From: Mobula hypostoma
Taxonomy: Eukaryota
Direction of reading: 5' to 3'
Assembly (NCBI RefSeq): GCF_963921235.1
Contig: NC_086097.1
Location: forward strand, 157,110,001 to 157,174,000
DNA length: 64,000 nucleotides
The translations under genes and the position numbers were made by a program. Positions within the stretch are counted from its first letter, which is position 1; the number at the start of each line of letters is the position of its first letter. The notes beneath the pieces are model-generated. The model searched no databases. It was not told the origin of the DNA and saw only the letters and a list, made by a program, of their open reading frames with translations. Positions 60,620 to 64,000 of this stretch are shown here, piece after piece.

Positions 60620-62315
60620 GTAGTGAAAGTAGATTAATATCCTCTGCCCAGAATAGAGGATATCTTTGCAAATCTTTCTGGAGGGAAACATATCAGCAAA
60701 GTGGGTTTAGTTGAGGACTACCTGCAGATGGAGATAGAAGAAGAGCCCAAAGTGTTTCTCACTTGAAGGGATTTATAACTATCATAGGCTTATTTTTGCA
60801 AAAGCATCAGTACCTACACTCTGGCAGAAACCAAGGACCAGGTGCTGCAAGGTGCCCAGCCGCTCAGTGTTACCTTTTTGACATTATAGTTACAGGTAAG
60901 AATAACAAGGAACATTTCCAAAATTTCAAGAGTGTTAAAAAGATCAGAAGATTATGGGCTTAAATGCAGCAAGTGTGAATTCTTTAAAACAAGCATCACA
61001 TACTGTGGTCACACAATTGATGCTCAAGAATTACGCAAGTGTGCTGAGAAAATTCAAGTAGTGGTGGATGCCCAAGTCACAGACTGTGTCACAGTTGCAG
61101 TCTTTTTTTGGATTTGTCAATTACCATGACAGGTTCCTGTTCAACCTGACGACTGTGCTCCATCCTTTGAACTCATTACCACAGATCAGGAGGAAATGGC
61201 AATAGACAAACCTGTGTGAGGTGCCTTTCCAAAAGGTAAAGGAAATGGTAACATCAGGCGCTGTACTGACACGTTGTGATCCACATCATACAGTGAAGCT
61301 TGCCTGTAACACCTTGCCTTATGGTACAGGTGCAGTCATGACACATATTATAAATGATGGAAGTGTTTGCATCACATTCCTTTACCGTTGAAGATAAAAA
61401 TTTCACACAGATTGACAGAGAGGCCTTGCGTCTGGCTTGGGGTGTAAAATGGTTCAACCAGTACGTGTATAGGAGGGAATTTACCCTCATTACTAATCAT
61501 CAACCACTGGTGTCCATTGTCAATCTACAGAAGGGTGTTCCACTAACAGCAGCAGCATGAATGCACAGATGGGCTCTGTTTCTTGGAGGAGGCTATTACA
61601 AGTTTGAATTCTAGAGGACATCTAATCACAAATGCTGATGTATTGTCTCATTTACCCTTGTAAAAGGAATTAACTGAAAAATTTACTAAAGAGGACACTC
61701 CTCTTGATGTATTCTCCCTAAAGCAAATTGAAAGTCTCCCTATAATGGCAGTGATGATCCAAAGAGAAACCAGAAAACACCTCAGTCTGTCTGAGGTCCA
61801 CAGAGCAGCTCAAAATGACTGGAGTGTGCAGCAGAAATTCCAGTCCCCCATTTTTTTTTTACCAGCGCCAGAATGAACTTGCACTTGACTGGGCTTCCTT
61901 TAAGTGAGATTGAGAACTGTTGTACTATTCAAGCTAAAAGCTAAATTGGTCGAGGAGCCATGTGCTGGTCATCTTAAAAGTGTTGGCTTGAAGCTTTGTC
62001 TTGTGACCAGGGATAGATCAACAAATAGAGTGACTAGTCATGCTCTATTTGGGATGCCAATACGCCCAGAAGATGTCAAGAGCAGCAACTCTCCATCCAT
62101 GGGAATGGCCTGCATTGCCCTAGCAGAGGATTCATGTGGATTTTGCCAGACCCTTCATGGGCACAAATTTCCTGGTCATAATTTATACAACTACAAAGTG
62201 GCCAGAAGTGTTACCAGTGGCCTCCATTACAGCCTCACACACTACCGATGTATTGAGAAGCTTCTTCTCAATGACTGGTGTTCCAGAGCACTTAGTCATT
62301 GACAATGGACCACTA
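60620..62315 (+). pseudogene. pol: Gypsy (Mag-like) pol remnant: RT, RNase H, integrase
   Basis: YPLPRIEDIFANLSGG (~60635); DIIVTG; SKCEFFK..YCGH; QIDREAL..GVK.F.QY...FTLIT.HQPL; IHVDFARPF..KWPEV..DNGP; no LTRs seen. Confidence 0.85.
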
Positions 62316-62799
62316 ATCGAACTGTGGCAAATACCTCCATCCATGATAGAGGGTTTTAAGAAATGACCACCTCACAGTCTTTATGAAGACAAAGTCTCAT
62401 ATTTCCCAAGAGGACAGAGGTAATTCAATATTAGGCATTCATGCAGTATCGAGGCAAATCAGCAGCAATGGAAATGTTCACCACCACAATGATTTAGTGT
62501 ATTTCTCTTCCTACTATTACAAAGGATCAACCATCTTCAATTGAAGAGTGCAAGAAGGCATTTTGTGAGCAGCAGTTCTTATATTACATAATGATTAGAT
62601 GCCAGCTGAATGAAGCTACAACTCAGGATCACACAGATACATGTAGGTGTCTGTCAGAGGAACTGGGATCTATTGATGGTGATGTGAATAAGGAAAGAAC
62701 TTGTTCGAATGGATGCTTGATGTTGAGCGCAGAGAGGTTTGTTTACATTATGAATTACTCTATGACTATACATGATGATTTGATCTATTAAACAGCATC

Positions 62800-64000
62800 T
62801 TTTGAAAGTGCTTTAATGCAGAAAATTCCTCCTGCCCAATGGTACTTGTAAGAAAATATCATGGTCCAGATGTTGGCAACTCTGATGGTAGAAGCTGACA
62901 TAATGCCTCCTGAAGGTATTACCCATAGTGGGGAGCAATGTGCCTGAGATGTATTGGACAGAATCAGCTACTCTTGATGTCTTCTTATTTTCCTGTTCTT
63001 CCAAACATGATGCAACCTGTCAGGATACTTTCAACAGTACACCTGTAGCAATTTGTTAAACCGTTTGGTGACAAGCCAAACCCCTTTAATGTCCTAAGAA
63101 AATAAAGACACTGTTTTGCTTTCCATCTGATTTCATCTATGTGCTGGGCCCAGAACAAGTCTTCCAAAATGTTAACAACCATCTATTTAAATCTGCTGAC
63201 TTTCTCCAATGCTGATCCACCAATGTAATTGGCACATGTTTGTCCTCCTTCCCATTCCTAAAGTCAAGAATCTTTCACTTTTACCAATGCTGTGAGAAGT
63301 TATTGTTGAAGCCCCACTCAACCAAGTGTCCTATCTCATTTCAGTAAGCTGACTGTAAAGCCACCTGTGATTCATCAAACAGCAGTTTGTTATTGGCAAA
63401 TTTGAAGGCATTAGAGACACGTCTAGCTGCATGTGTGTACAGATAGTAGAACAGTGGTCAAATAATGCAACCTTGAGAAACACCTATATTGGTGATCACA
63501 AGGAGGGAATATTTTTACCAATCCTCACTGATTGGGAAGCTGAGTATCTGTTTGAAGATGGAAGTACAGAGGCCCAGGTCTTGAAGCTTGATAATGAGTT
63601 TGGATGGGAACAATGGGTTGAATGTCATGCTGCAGTCAATGTAGAGCAGCCTGATTTCCAGATAGTCCAGAGCAGAATGAAGAGCCAGAGAAACAGCAAA
63701 TCCTATTGCCCTGTTGTGGCAGTTGGCAAACTGGAATGGGTCCAGGTCATTTCTGAGACAAGAGTTTACTTGTGCCATAACCATCATCTTGAAGCACTTC
63801 ATTACAATTGATGTAACTGCTACTGGATTGTAGTCATTTGAGGTGGGTCTCAACGCACTTTTTGTCACCGGTATACTAGATACATATTTGAAGCCAACGA
63901 GAACCTCAGACTGCAGTTGCATGAGATTAAATATGTCCATAAATACATCAACTGCACAGATCTTTAGTACTTATCCAGGTACCAGAGGCACTGCAGCACC
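62800..64000 (-). mobile_element. Rex1/Babar LINE RT fragment running off the window end
   Basis: 63515..63940 NDYNPVAVTSIVMKCF..LDPFQFA..LLYID; 62985..63182 CLYFLR.LK.F..YRCTVESILTGCI. Confidence 0.85.

Overview
Vertebrate, repeat-saturated genomic DNA, probably intronic or intergenic. The mix of CR1 LINEs, V-SINEs, Deu-domain SINEs, Rex1/Babar LINEs and Penelope-like elements suggests a cartilaginous fish such as a ray or shark (inference, not verified). No intact host gene, rRNA, true tRNA or CRISPR array is supported. Most of the window is nested transposable elements: two near-full-length CR1s (zinc finger/leucine zipper plus SGNH-esterase ORF1; APE-RT ORF2), many CR1 fragments, Penelope-like elements (PLEs; RT + GIY-YIG) with minimal hammerhead ribozyme motifs, an old chromodomain-bearing Gypsy element with two LTRs, a second Gypsy pol fragment, Rex1/Babar fragments, SINEs and hAT/Tc1/mariner remnants. 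Three observations stand out. (1) Three divergent CR1 subfamilies share an in-frame U_UUA_AAC slippery heptamer followed by the ORF1 stop, with ORF2 in the -1 frame, a candidate programmed -1 frameshift. (2) PLE 3' ends carry a GT-AG segment whose acceptor AG is part of hammerhead stem I, and one copy lacks exactly that segment, a candidate splicing/ribozyme switch. (3) Five short fold-back PLE insertions all invert at the hammerhead; three have clear 12-15 bp TSDs. Family assignments rest on recalled motifs and consensus sequences, not database searches, and element boundaries are approximate unless a TSD is quoted.
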